Source: Takakia lepidozioides
Lineage: Eukaryota > Plantae > Bryophyta
Reading direction: 5' to 3'
DNA length: 64,000 bases
Assembly (NCBI GenBank): GCA_030704615.1
Contig: CM060734.1
Coordinates: forward strand, 41,540,001 to 41,604,000
Shown here: one piece after another, positions 52,293 to 64,000 of the stretch
Layout: each line of letters opens with the position of its first letter
Numbering within the stretch: position 1 is the stretch's first letter
Notes under the pieces: generated by a model
What the model saw: the letters and a program-made list of their open reading frames with translations, nothing else
What the model was told of the DNA's origin: nothing
The model's database searches: none
Made by a program: the position numbers and the translations under genes

Positions 52293-54206
52293 ATGGCTTG
52301 TGTGGCAGCGCCTTGTCCGTCACTGCAAGCTCTGTGTTCAAAGTGCTTGACATCTGGGCAAGAATCAGTGGCAAGCGAGCGGGGCTATGGAGTAATAAAG
52401 CAGAGGGCAATGCAAATGCAAAGCGCATGTGCTGATTACTCCAAAGTAGCGGAGTGTTTCTCGCAGAGGACCACTCGGTTCTGGTGTGTGTCTGGGTTTC
52501 TCAGTAACAAGGCAGAGTGTGTGGCTGATAGGACTAGGGGGCCAGCCCAATTCTCTGTGAAATTCTCGAGACCAGCAAGGTCTGTGCTGAAGGAGAAAAT
52601 GGCAACAATGGAGGCTGTTCTGAATGGAAAGGTGGGCGTGGGTGAGGATTTGCCCCCTGAGTATGAGCAAGACGATCCCGCCAAGAGTATACCTCAAAGG
52701 AGGTCTGGGATACTTCTGCACCCGTCATCCTTGCCGGGGCCCTATGGCATAGGAGAGCTGGGCAAGGAGGCATTGATCTTTCTGGACTGGTTGGAATCTA
52801 CCGGGTGCACTGTCTGGCAGGTACTCCCCTTGGTTCCTCCGGGAAGGAAAGGAGGAGAAGACGGTTCACCTTATGCTGGCAGCGATGCCAACTGCGGAAA
52901 CACTCTCCTCATCTCGCTCGAAGAGCTTGTGAAGGATGGCCTCTTGGACAAGGCTGACCTCCCCAAGACAGTACCTGTTGGGAGAGCGAACTTTGGTGCC
53001 GTTGCTGAAGTGAAGGACCACCTCGTATCCAAGGCGGCGAAGAACCTTGTTGGGAGCAAAGGCCCCATGAAGGATGACTTCGAGAATTTCCGAGAAAACC
53101 CTCGTATCTCAGCGTGGCTAGAGGAGGCCGCATTGTTTGCAGCCATAGACCACGCAATTGATGCACAATACTGGTGGGAATGGCCCGAACCTCTCAGAGA
53201 CCGCAGCCCTGCAGCCCTGGATACAGCACGCCAGAAGCACGAAGACTTCATTTCCCAATTCATTGCAGAGCAGTTTTTGTTCCACCGCCAATGGCAGGCC
53301 ATTCACAGCTATGCTAACAACCATGGCATTAAGATTGTGGGGGACATGCCAATTTACGTAGGAGGTCACAGTGCGGATGTCTGGGCAAACCGCTCGATGT
53401 TTGCTTTGGACCAAAAGACTGGGGCTCCGGCAATGGTGAGTGGGGTTCCTCCAGATTTGTTCAGCTCAACCGGACAGCTTTGGGGCAGCCCTCTCTACAA
53501 CTGGGCCGAGATGGCCAGGGATCGATATACGTGGTGGGTCACTCGAATGAGACGGGCATTCGAGCTCTATGATGAGTTCCGGATCGACCATTTCCGAGGG
53601 CTGGCTGGCTATTGGGCTGTTCCTGCTACCGCTGAGACTGCCATGCATGGAAAATGGAAGGCTGGTCCAAGGGAAGATTTTTTCATTGCCATCAGGGAGG
53701 CGGTTGGTAAGGTTGATATCATTGCTGAAGACTTGGGTGTCATCACAGGGGATGTGGTGTCATTGCGAAAAAACATTAAGGCTCCTGGCATGGCTGTTCT
53801 CCAGTTTGCATTTGGGAGTGATTCCAAGAATCCTCATTTACCACATAACCACGAATGTGACCAAGTGGTGTACCCAGGAACGCACGACAACGATACCTGC
53901 GTGGGTTGGTGGAATAAAGCTGATACGAAGGAAAAAGACTCTGTGAAGCGATATCTGCGGTTTGAGAAGGATGATGAGATCCATTGGGAACTTATCCGGT
54001 GCGCCATGGCGTCTGTTGCTCGCACAGCGGTAATCCCGCTTCAGGATGTGCTAGGTCTGAATAACTCAGCTCGGATGAACACGCCAGCTACCCAGTTAGG
54101 TAATTGGGGTTGGAGAGTGGGAGAGACAGGTATTTTTAGTAAGTTAGAGAAGGAGAAGAAGCAATTACATGCACTTCTCACTGAATTCAACCGCCTACCT
54201 CGCTGA
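52293..54206 (+). CDS. DPE1: Plastid 4-alpha-glucanotransferase (disproportionating enzyme, GH77), single exon, 637 aa
   Basis: RRSGILLHPSSLPGPYGIGELG, WQVLPL, GDMPIYVGGHSADVW, SGVPPDLFSSTGQLWGSPLY, catalytic RIDHFRG, IIAEDLG and YPGTHDNDT, and MNTPATQLGNWGWR. The ~100-aa N-terminal extension resembles a transit peptide. Confidence 0.95.
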   Translation: MACVAAPCPSLQALCSKCLTSGQESVASERGYGVIKQRAMQMQSACADYSKVAECFSQRTTRFWCVSGFLSNKAECVADRTRGPAQFSVKFSRPARSVLKEKMATMEAVLNGKVGVGEDLPPEYEQDDPAKSIPQRRSGILLHPSSLPGPYGIGELGKEALIFLDWLESTGCTVWQVLPLVPPGRKGGEDGSPYAGSDANCGNTLLISLEELVKDGLLDKADLPKTVPVGRANFGAVAEVKDHLVSKAAKNLVGSKGPMKDDFENFRENPRISAWLEEAALFAAIDHAIDAQYWWEWPEPLRDRSPAALDTARQKHEDFISQFIAEQFLFHRQWQAIHSYANNHGIKIVGDMPIYVGGHSADVWANRSMFALDQKTGAPAMVSGVPPDLFSSTGQLWGSPLYNWAEMARDRYTWWVTRMRRAFELYDEFRIDHFRGLAGYWAVPATAETAMHGKWKAGPREDFFIAIREAVGKVDIIAEDLGVITGDVVSLRKNIKAPGMAVLQFAFGSDSKNPHLPHNHECDQVVYPGTHDNDTCVGWWNKADTKEKDSVKRYLRFEKDDEIHWELIRCAMASVARTAVIPLQDVLGLNNSARMNTPATQLGNWGWRVGETGIFSKLEKEKKQLHALLTEFNRLPR

Positions 54207-55320
54207 GAGGTAGGCCCTAAACTTCAATATATTCAAGTACCTTGAAAATGATCCTCATCTCTCTCACTTTCCTGCATGAGTTTCCTATCTCAAGGCGGTG
54301 CTGTCCATAAGTACAGCCCTGGCGTTCAGTATGTTTCTCTATATCAATAGCAAACAGTTAAGGGTTGATCACTGGGAGGTTCCTGTTTTTTATAATGTTC
54401 CAGACTGTCTGGCTGTAGTGTAGTAAACACTGGTTGTCCTGTTCTCCTTAGAATGTGCCATGTCCTAAATTACAGTGACTACTAGTCATTTGTGGCTGAA
54501 GGGATTCGACAAAGTGACTTCAATTTTAGTTCCAAAACTCTCGGGGTTTGCAGAGAGGAGTCCTAATCCCACCCTTGCACACGAACAGTATCCATCCTTC
54601 GCATGGGCCATTACGCAAGCTACCATCGGTGTCTTCAACCCCTCTATCTCTCTCTGCCCTGTTCTAGACACTGATGGGCAGTGTCACAGATGTGGCCAAA
54701 CTGTGTTCAATCTGTAGCAGCACAGAAGCGACACTCAGCATAAGAGAACACTTGATTCCCTGTTAATAGTTGAAATTGCACAAACCCTCTGTCAGTTTTA
54801 CTATCCCAAAGGACTGCCACTACCGGTGTGCAGTAAGTCAACAATCCTTGGGGGGGTGCGGGGCAATGGGAATACTCTTCTCTCTCATCCTGGCTGAGGC
54901 ATTTTGTTTTGTAGATGAAACGTTTGTAGAAACTCTTGGCAGCTTAGGGTCATCTTCCTGCAGGGATAGAGACTGTTTGCCGATTCCTTAGAATGTAGTG
55001 CTTTTGTTTAATAGACATTATGATGGTGTCTTCTTTCGTATGTCTCTTTCTATGTCTTACTCATTATCAGCATTGCTGCAGGTGGAAACAGTAACGAGGT
55101 TTAACCATTTAATAATTCCTCGAGGTTTGTACTACGGTCAGTAGTAGGTATGGTAATGGTGGCATCAGTCATGCTCTCTACCATACTAAAAAGTAGAGGG
55201 TGTTCTGAAGTACTATATCCATATTAGCTGAATTAATGGGTAGACAAGTGAGATATCACTTCAACTGGGACTGGAGCATCTCATCCTTCCGGGGTGCGTA
55301 GTTACAGCATTAGGTACGGT

Positions 55321-55640
55321 CATCAATAGAAACCCTGGGAGGCTCAGTATTTTCCAAAGCTGAATTGGAGCGCTCCGAAGGACACAGGTTGGATTAGCCT
55401 ATCTGGGAGTCTAAAATTCCAGAATTTTGGAGAGATTTCTCTCCTTTGAAAGGCATCTGATAACTTGATCCATGACCTTTGCCATGCCTTTGATTCTTGC
55501 TATGATAAGAGCACAGAGAAGCCCTCACAAGTGGTCTTAGCCCTTCGGAAGTGGTTTGATTTGAGGCCAGAGATGGAGTTTCAGGGATTTGTACGAGGTA
55601 ATATTTTGGTTGGAATCTGCCATAGCCAGGTGACTATGCA
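55321..55640 (+). pseudogene. CDC123: CDC123 (D123 ATP-grasp) fragment, copy 1
   Basis: SIETLGGSVF[frameshift]PKLNWSAPKDTGWISLSGSLKFQNFGEISLLLKASDNLIHDLCHAFDSC...LALRKWFDLRPEMEFQGFVRGNILVGIC. Truncated at both ends. Confidence 0.85.
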
Positions 55641-55642
55641 AA

Positions 55643-55830
55643 GCCTATTTATCCGTATTTTCCCGTATTTGTACGTTTTTTTCCGTATGTTTCTATATTT
55701 ATCCGTATCTGTCCATACTTGTCTGTATTTGTCCGTATTTTTTCCTTATTATCCGTATTTATCCATATTTGTTTGTATTTTTCCGTATTTGTTCGTATGT
55801 TTCCGTATTTATCTGTATCTGTCCATATTT
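55643..55830 (+). repeat. Degenerate 10-bp minisatellite (CCGTATTTAT-like)
   Basis: A run of diverged decamer units directly after CDC123 copy 1. Confidence 0.85.
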
Positions 55831-56289
55831 AGGTTCCTTCTCTCTTTGACACTTTATCTTTATCTTTATCTCTTTGACACAGCCAAGGTAAACAGGTCGT
55901 CGTGCGCAACTGGTGAAGGTGAAGTGGGGGGTGTGCCATACGGTTTGTGAGATTTGTCAGCAGCCACAGCAAAGTGGATGTTTACATGTGTGCAAACCTT
56001 TGTCACCATGTACATCCAGTTTTGTGTGGCTGTTGAGAAATTTCACAGGCCGTATCACAGGCCTTTAGTTGCAAGTGGAAATCACGAGTTCTCAAAAATA
56101 TGATTGCTGCCCAGTGGGGTAAAGTGTGAATCCTTTTGCTAGCCTTCTCTTGGTCCTTAGATACTAAGATTAAACCTTCACTTCATTGAGGAAGTAATAC
56201 CATTTCTATGTAAAAACGAATGAAAACAAGAGGTTTGTTTCTGGGTACAGGTTCGGAGCAGCCAATTGCAAGCAGACGACTAGTCCCAC

Positions 56290-56748
56290 TGGGCTGAAGA
56301 AGATGATGAAACCCATGAACCAGAATTCCCGTCATTTCCAGGTCTGCAGGCCCAGGTACGGGCATCAATAGAAACTCTGCGAGGCTCAGTATTTCCAAAG
56401 TGAGTTTGAGCGGAGCTTGGATTAGCCCATCTGGGAGTCTGAAATGCCAGAATTTTGGAGACATTTCTCTCCTTTTAAAGGCATAGATTCTGATAACTTG
56501 ATCCACTTCTTGCGATGATATGAGCACAGAAGTCCTCACAAGTGATCTTAGCCCTTCGGAAGTGGTATGATTTGAGGCCAGAGATGGAGATTCAGGGATT
56601 TGTATGAGGTAATATTTTGGTTGGAATCTGCCAGAGAGAGGTGACTGCGTTTTATGCAACGTTGCTTGGAAAAGAGGAAGATTTTGAGCAGGCCATTGCT
56701 GACTTCTTTGTGGAGAATATTGGTGATGAGTTTGGAGGGGAGGACTAC
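56290..56748 (+). pseudogene. CDC123: CDC123 fragment, copy 2 (frameshifts, deletions, stop)
   Basis: Nucleotide paralogue of 55321-55640, extending to GICQREVTAFYATLL...AIADFFVENIGDEFGGEDY. Carries several indels. Confidence 0.82.
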
Positions 56749-56749
56749 C

Positions 56750-57546
56750 ACAACATATCCAGATATGAGGATGCTCCTCCTCCTCCTCAGCCCGCTAGGA
56801 ATTTGGATGGATGCTACTGGATGATTTGCCACAAGTCCTCCAGGTGTCGCGTCTGGTCTCACGCCTGCAGCAGCAGCCGGTCCATCTCCCTCTCGAGTTC
56901 CGCCTGCCACTCCCACTGCTTCACGAAGAGTTTGAGCAAGTAAAGCTCTTATCAGTGCCACTTTGATCGTCGGGAGAGTTTACTTCACTCAACTCCACTT
57001 CAAGATTCACTGCTGACTCGCGAGCCCGTTGTGACTGGCTCGCTCCTTCCATCCGATGTTGCCATTATCAACGAACCTGTCTCTGTTCTCTAGCAAAGAA
57101 CTACCGGACCCGTTCGTGAGTTGACTCATAAACCATATATCCACAGTCTCCAACCGCTTTGATACCAAATATTACAATCCTTTATCTCAGATCTTTCCCA
57201 CTGGTGCACTCTATACCAAAACTGTAATAAGCACAGTACTGGAAACCATCCACTGACTAACTTCCTTCTTATTGCTATGCAACCAGATCTCTGCACACCC
57301 TTCTCAATCTCTCTGAGAGAGGGGTTTATATATCAATCCAGAACGTCCACTAATGGCTCCATGCTCATCTTTCCTTGTCACACTTTTTCTTTTTCTTTTT
57401 TTCTTCTATTCTCATCACATCTTTTTCCTCTCACAAGGTACCCCATCTTTTCTCTGCTTGGACAGTATTCTTGGTCTGTTGCATGGTAGTGCTCCGTTCA
57501 TAAACGTCCAAATAAATTATAGTATGCCACTCCACTGTCTTTAACA
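56750..57546 (-). mobile_element. Truncated LTR retrotransposon: 5' LTR (57546-57170), PBS and decayed leader/gag-like region
   Basis: On the minus strand the LTR reads TGTTA...TAATA (TAACA with one change) and contains a TATATAAA box. Two nt later comes TGGTATCAAAGC (57167-57156), a tRNA-iMet primer-binding site. Confidence 0.7.
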
Positions 57547-60411
57547 TAAATGTTGGTATGTTTGTTGGATTGCAAGATAATTGTGAGATTTCAGCTACTT
57601 ACCAGAGGGAAGGTGTCGAATAAGACCACAACTGGGAATTGACAGACCATTGATTCACCCACTGAGAAGTGTGTTCTACCAATTGGGCTAACATCTGGAG
57701 GTCCTCTAATGCTTGGTGGGTACGCCAGGCAAGAGCTTCAAAGCAGAATGGTCTTGAGCTGCCCCCTTGATAAGCTGTTGGGCGGGCATGGGTGGGTGGT
57801 TAGGCTCCGGCGCTTGATCAGTTGAGACAGCATTTGCGAATGAGGAGTTTGCAGTGTCATGTGATGTATTGTCAGGATGTAACAAAGCTACATGTCATGC
57901 CCTTGCTGGCTTTTCGGTCACAGGCCCTCCAGTGTTGCCAGCTCTTTTTCCTCACAGACAACATCCTTGCCAATGTTGGTGGCTGAGTTAAACTAGCAAG
58001 TTTTGTGTGCCTGCGCTCAGAAGTCAAACGCTCTGTGCATGAAGCCACAGTAGGTTCATAAAACTGATCGATACCTTTCTCTAGACCTTTCTCTTTCTCT
58101 GAAACCTGAAGTGCTTGATTGACTGAGGAAGGCAAGAGTGATGTGCAACAATGGCTGGCATGCACCTTCTTAATATAAGGGGTTCACTACTAGTGGTTGA
58201 AAGCAATGTTCTGTGTCTACATGGAGTATGTTGAAGATTGAGGGTGCTGGAATCTGTGCAGGTCGACTCTCCTGCGAGCAACATCACCCCTTTCGTGGTT
58301 GCCACCGACGCCCAACTTCATCTCAGATCCACCTTTCACAAATTCTAGCACTATGACTGTTTTGTGAGTACCAGACAACAGCTCCTCATAAATAGTGTCC
58401 CCAGTCTCCCCAACAACCACAAACTGTTAGCCACATCCACATTCCACCTCGCAAAGAAACCAGACAACCTTGCATTAATTGACTCATCAGAGATGTCCAA
58501 CAACAATTAGTGGACACTTCACCATCCCAAGCAAAAAATCACAAGAATTATCTTCCATACTTTGGTACGAAAAAATTAAACTAGTGATGTTTTTACAGGC
58601 TCCAGCAATAGATGAATCATCGCTCCCTGGATCCTTGTGCATACATAAGAAGCCTTGGAAAATAATTTAAAAACCCTTATTCTCTAAACTGAGGAGCATC
58701 TGGAAGCACAGAATACTGAAGTTCGACGCAGGAGGTCAGCTACCATTGTAAATCTTGTGTGCCAATCAGGTCTTGCCAACATTTAGGGGAGAGGCCAATA
58801 CGCAACGCAAGATTCATGGAGGCTACATTCACGGTAACAGGTTCCTTTCCATCATCGTCACTTCAGCAGCAACCATGGGATGGTGGAGAGCTCAAGCCTT
58901 GAAGGTTGGAAAATGGATGTTGGTCCATGAACTAGTCAAACATGTATCTTGCAAGGTTAAGCATTCGCCCCTAAACATTGACAAGACCCAATGAACATCA
59001 CAACTGCTCTGCACAGCTCCCTCCATGTTGGAGCAGCAAATCCCAACCCTGATTGTTCCTGCACACTGCTGGTTTCCAGAATATTCTACAACTCTTGGAA
59101 AAAAATTCAGGTCTCACTAGAAGAACTCTATGGCCACCTTGATGGAAGACTGACATCTGCGGAAGGAGGACAGTCTAAGAAGAAAATACATACAAATCTC
59201 CCAAGGGAAACACCACCAGACACAGAAGCAACGTCACAGGACAGACACTCATACACAACGAAGAACATGTGTCATACAGGCTAGCCCAAACACAGGTAAA
59301 CACGATAGAGGAAGCTTGCGGAGGTTATCGTTTGCAATACAGATCTTCAGGTTGTTAGAAATCCCTGAACAATGAGAGTTGCACTGATGGTTTCAAGCAG
59401 CCTAAAAGTGCAAAAGAAGGTCCCAACCTGAAAACTCTGCAATGACCTGCAGTACATACCTCTGGGGCCCGCTGCATGATATCCTCTTGAACTCATCACA
59501 AAATAAAACTGAAACTGCCATTTGTCATTGAAGCACCCTGAACAGGTTTTGCAGGTCGAGAATGTCCATGAGAACCCCCACTCCCGTGGTGATATTGCCA
59601 GCCCCTGCCTCTTGGATCACAAGGGGTTTTGGCTCCTTGTATACCTCTGAAAATTTGAAACTGTATGTATCCAACCAAACATGGCTGCACCCACGTTAAA
59701 AAGTCACCATTAACAAAGCCTATAAACTAGATTCTGCAACCTAAGAGCTTTGGAAAGCGTAGTGAGCAGTTCAACTGCAGCTTGGTGGTAGTCGTACTTT
59801 ACCAATCGGCTTTGAACAAATACACAAAATCTTCTTGAACGCCCAGGACAGCAAAAAAGCACATTGATCAACTCTGGGAAAAGTTGACATGAGCACAGCT
59901 AATTCATAATCAAGATCAGCGTAGTTGGGACAGAAGTTTATGTTCATGGACAAAGTTCTGCTGGGCACTTCATAGCCAAGATGACAACAGTAAGGAGGCA
60001 AGAGAAAATATAGCTGGAGAGAGGGTACTGCCATATTGTCACTCCCATGAAACCGAATCAAGGGGCACTTCAACAATACAGCAAGTAGATCTGCAGAATC
60101 CACCATATTAAAACTTCAGAGATAGCATTGGCCTAACTCCCTTACTAGGAGCCACAGATTGGAAGTGAAATTTTTGGAGCTCAGAAGCTCTTTAAGAGGT
60201 CCTGAGTACGCGTTTCAAATAGGCGGAGGGAGGTTAAGGTAAATCAAGATATTATGGAAATTACTCGGGTGGTTCTCTATAATCGAACAGAAAAGACAAC
60301 GCCGCTGTATTATGGGTCTAGAGTGGGCAGGGCATCCATAAAGTCTTTCAATGACATGAGTGTTGGAGTGTCAAGGTTATAGCCCTTGCACGGCACTTTG
60401 AGAACAGAACG

Positions 60412-60483
60412 GGACGGGTAGCTCAGTGGTAGAGCACCCCACCGGAATGGGGGAGGTCCTAGGTTCAATCCCTAGCCTGACCA
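60412..60483 (+). other. tRNA-like element (tRNA pseudogene or SINE head)
   Basis: A-box TAGCTCAGTGG, B-box GGTTCAATCC, perfect D and T arms, and a 6/7 acceptor stem. The anticodon loop (CCGGAA(T)) is non-canonical, with no U33. Confidence 0.7.
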
Positions 60484-63392
60484 CACGCCAGTGGTTTTCC
60501 AACAATGAGTGGGTCCCATTTCAGGTTGGTAGAGACTTTCAACCTGATCATCCAAGTACAATTTCAGTCAGAATTTGGCTTAAACTTAATGGGAAAGCAA
60601 TCAAGAAAAATTCAACAGTACAGAAGCAGTTTAACGTCTTCCAAGCTCATTATGATAAGTCTTGGTAATAGAAAACATGTTTTAACACACTGTAGGGTAC
60701 AACACTCAACATCAAGATAGGTGAAGGATCTCTAAAGTATGATGGCTGCCCCTACTGAGGCGTTGAATGAGATCATCCCCCCAATAGTAGTGAAAACCTA
60801 AGTCTCTTATCCTTCTTCCCCAAGAGAACATGCATTGAACAGCAAGGGATAACCATTTTTTCACCCTAGTTTAGAACAACATGAAGCAACCCATCAGACA
60901 GACAGAACTTGCGAGCATACCTTCCACGCAACATCCATACCACTGAGGTCAGCATGTGGATCTGCTCATGCACCCAACATTGCAAAGCTTGAGTTGAACA
61001 AAAAGACCATTCAGAACATAAAATGCAGCTCGAGATCAAGAGAGGTCAAGAATGCATGCTAGGAGTAGACTACTTGGCAACTGATGTTAGTCCAGACAAT
61101 AACCTGGCTCAGTGTGTCCCATATCCTTGGCTGACTTGATCACCTCGCTGAAGAGATGACCATCTTGCAGTCGTATCACGATGTAATTCAATGTCCCTGC
61201 ATACGCCCAGTCATACGGTTACTGTCACTGCCCCATTGAGGCAATTAACTAACTAGAGCAGCTTTAGCACAACAACAAATGCTCAGAAGATGAAAAGCAA
61301 AACACCCCTGCTAAAATCCACCTGTCAGTAGCAGTTCCCCTGTGCCATGGCCAAATTTAAGTGTGCAAGCAGTTCATATGAAGAACTCTCTAAGATTTCC
61401 AGTCTGTCTTTAAAGCAATTGACCCCTCACATGTGACAATTGGTACAGAATAGAAACAATGAGGGGAAGTATTTAGAGGGATGCAACTTTACCACTAGGG
61501 CAGCTTAGAACCTTCTGAACTTTGTCAACATCCATCAAACGAATCAGGCATGACATCACAGGAAGTGCTGCTCCCACTTGGCATTAATGATCAATCAGTA
61601 GTGCGACCACGGTTGACAATGGTGACACGTGCTTTCACCTACTTCCAATCACAACTAAATACTGACAGTGGCCCCTCACAGATTGTAGGAGCAAATTGAA
61701 GAACGGAGGTTCAGGCAGTGCAGCGAGCATTGGACCTCCGCAGTTCCCGTACATCTAAGTCTAACCCTTCAAGCATATACATATCCAATTCTTACTTTAG
61801 ACAAATAAACTTCCCCAAAAAGAGAGAGCTAGCTCATCTGCAAATCGAGAATCAATTTTACCAAATCAAACTTAGTGCAGTACTTACTGGCATAAAAATT
61901 CAAAAACTTGTATAATTGAGCATCGTGTCTCTCAATTCATATTCCTGAACCCTGCAGCCCAGTAAACACCAGTATAATATAGTCCATGACAGTTGCTACT
62001 GCAGGCAGATGTGATCAACAGACCTGTCATCGTCCAATGCATTAGGTGCGTTGCCTGAAGGTTTTTCAAAACCCCAAACTCTAATCATTGTGGTTGCACA
62101 TTCCCGGATGATAAATATGGAATTTCAGGATTATGACCTACACCTTTGCAGAGGAAAGTGTGATAATACCAGGCCTGTCAAGCTTTGCAATCGCCAGTCA
62201 ACCATCCTTTGCTTCCACTATTTTGGACAGCGCTTCATCGCCTAGCTCCTTCCGGCCCTCGGATTTCACTGCTGCGCCAGAGCTGTCACAGCTGCCACCA
62301 CAGAAAGATGCACAGCTCCCTCCTGCTCATTGACAAAAACTGCAATTCATGAACTTACACCCAAGCTTGAAATCTTAATCTTGTCTGGCAGGATGCGACA
62401 ACATAACTTCGCCAAAAAGCTTGCTACACCGATAGAGGAAAGCACTGAACCTAAAGATCCACTGTGCACCTGACAAGCAAAGCCTCCTCGACTGAATATA
62501 CGACAAATTCAGAAGTTCAAGAAGAAGACGTCGGCTTTTGCACACAATTGACAGGAAAAGAGTAATTTCAGCCGCTTTCACTCATTGACGGTTCATTCCT
62601 TACTAAGAGATCATCTCGATTGGTGCGAATGCGAAATTTATGCACGTCTGCCAGTCAGATCAAAAAGCACATGCGCTTGCCGGAAGTGTACTCTTGAGCT
62701 CCTCTAATGAATCATCATGTGTATAACGATGTGTACAAAGCAGAAGATGACTGAATTGTGTATGAAGAATGCCCCAGTGACGGGCAAGAAAGAGCCTGCA
62801 AGGACCGACTCGGCCTACTGATGATTACAAAGGTGAAAACCAGAGAAGTTTGGCATGGCCAAAGGACATGCATCGCCAATGTTCATTTAGTGGGAATCCA
62901 ACGTGACAGGCAAGCGATCTATCTCCGAGGGCCCACTCGTCCTACTGACAAAAAGGCCAATTTGGAAAGGACTACACTGAAGCTCGACACGTTCACCAGA
63001 GACATTCTTCCACAGACATCTGCTGTTTGGATATTATCTCCTCCGTACCTTGTCCTTCTCACTGCTGACCAAAGACTTGGGGTTTACGCACACGGTTCAC
63101 AAGGGACACTTGGATGTGGAAGTGCAGGATCCACAACTCAGTAACTACCTGTCGTAGTCTGCAGTTAAGTGCGATCTGTAGTTTGATTTCTGCTTCCATG
63201 AGGATCTAACATGCCCTCTTCAACTTTCTGACAGAGTTTCTTTTCCTCGGTCTCATCACTGATATGTAATCATCTTCTGGATTTAGGGTTAGGTGCAAGC
63301 TGGGCATGATCAATGGCATTAAGCGTCAAGATCATAAAGACGACAATTCTTAGGTCGAAGGCTGATCTGAATTTTCAACTCCTGTCTTGTAA

Positions 63393-63888
63393 TACCCTAG
63401 GGGGATAGCCGGTTAGGCGCTTGCCTGCCTAATAATTATTTTTGGGGCAGTTAGGCACTTTTGGGGAAAAACAATTTAAATTAGGCATCTTGGATGTGTA
63501 ACTTTTTCAAATTAGGCAACTAAAAGTAATGATCACAAAATAAAAACACAAAAATATAAAATACAGCCACTGCCATGGATGAAAATTGAAAACTGAGTCC
63601 ATGGATGACGTTTTAAATGAAAACTCAGCCGCTGCCATGGATGCAAATTGACGTTTATGATGAATATCATTCTAAATGGATGTCATTTTTAGATTTTTTC
63701 TATTTTAGACTTTCTAATTTAAATTCAAGTTTGTGTACCATATGCACTTTTAGAGAAATTTTTGAAAATTAGGCACTCTTTGAAGATAATTTTTCTAAAT
63801 TAGGCACTCTTGCCAAAATATTAGTTTTTTTAATATTTTTGATTAGGCACTTTTTTTTTAATTAATTTCTGCCTAACACGCTACGGTA
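63393..63888. mobile_element. Related TA-flanked MITE-like element
   Basis: Ends TACC..GTTAGGC / GCCTAAC..GGTA. Shares the subterminal GCCTAATAATTATT and TTAGGCA repeats with 3056-3680. Confidence 0.65.
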
Positions 63889-64000
63889 GTTATCTATCTT
63901 GCCTGAAGGGCAACTTCTCCAGTACCCTCTTGAAGTTGGCATCTGATGTGCATGTCAGCCCTCACTTTTACTATATGTCATCTTGATCGCATGTCACTAT

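Noticed and set aside
52365-54025. Antisense and alternate-frame ORFs within DPE1 (likewise within the ARF)
   Set aside because: Shadow ORFs of real coding sequence.
60412-60483. Functional tRNA-Ser(GGA)
   Set aside because: No U33, a mismatched anticodon stem, no long variable arm and an acceptor mismatch.

Overview
Eukaryotic land-plant genomic DNA; the class C ARF sequence looks bryophyte-like, which is an inference. Four intact genes can be reconstructed. (1) A class C auxin response factor (ARF10/16/17 or MpARF3 type): 4 exons, miR160 site, uORFs. (2) An IRX7/FRA8-like GT47 glycosyltransferase: 4 exons, one GC-AG intron. (3) A 22-exon EDR2-like PH-START-DUF1336 gene on the minus strand, with introns packed with RTE-like LINE fragments ending in (CATTT)n. 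(4) An intronless plastid 4-alpha-glucanotransferase (DPE1). A probable fifth gene, missed by the ORF track, is a 3-exon, 56-aa Cys-rich microprotein lying head-to-head with the GT47 gene. Around DPE1 are two decayed CDC123 fragments and three copies of a 5'-UTR/intron-like segment carrying a long hairpin with compensatory substitutions. The window also holds a truncated LTR element with a tRNA-iMet primer-binding site, TA-flanked and hAT-type MITEs (one nested), a second LINE family, tRNA-derived SINE heads and several tandem repeats. All exon structures were read by eye and are not transcript-validated.
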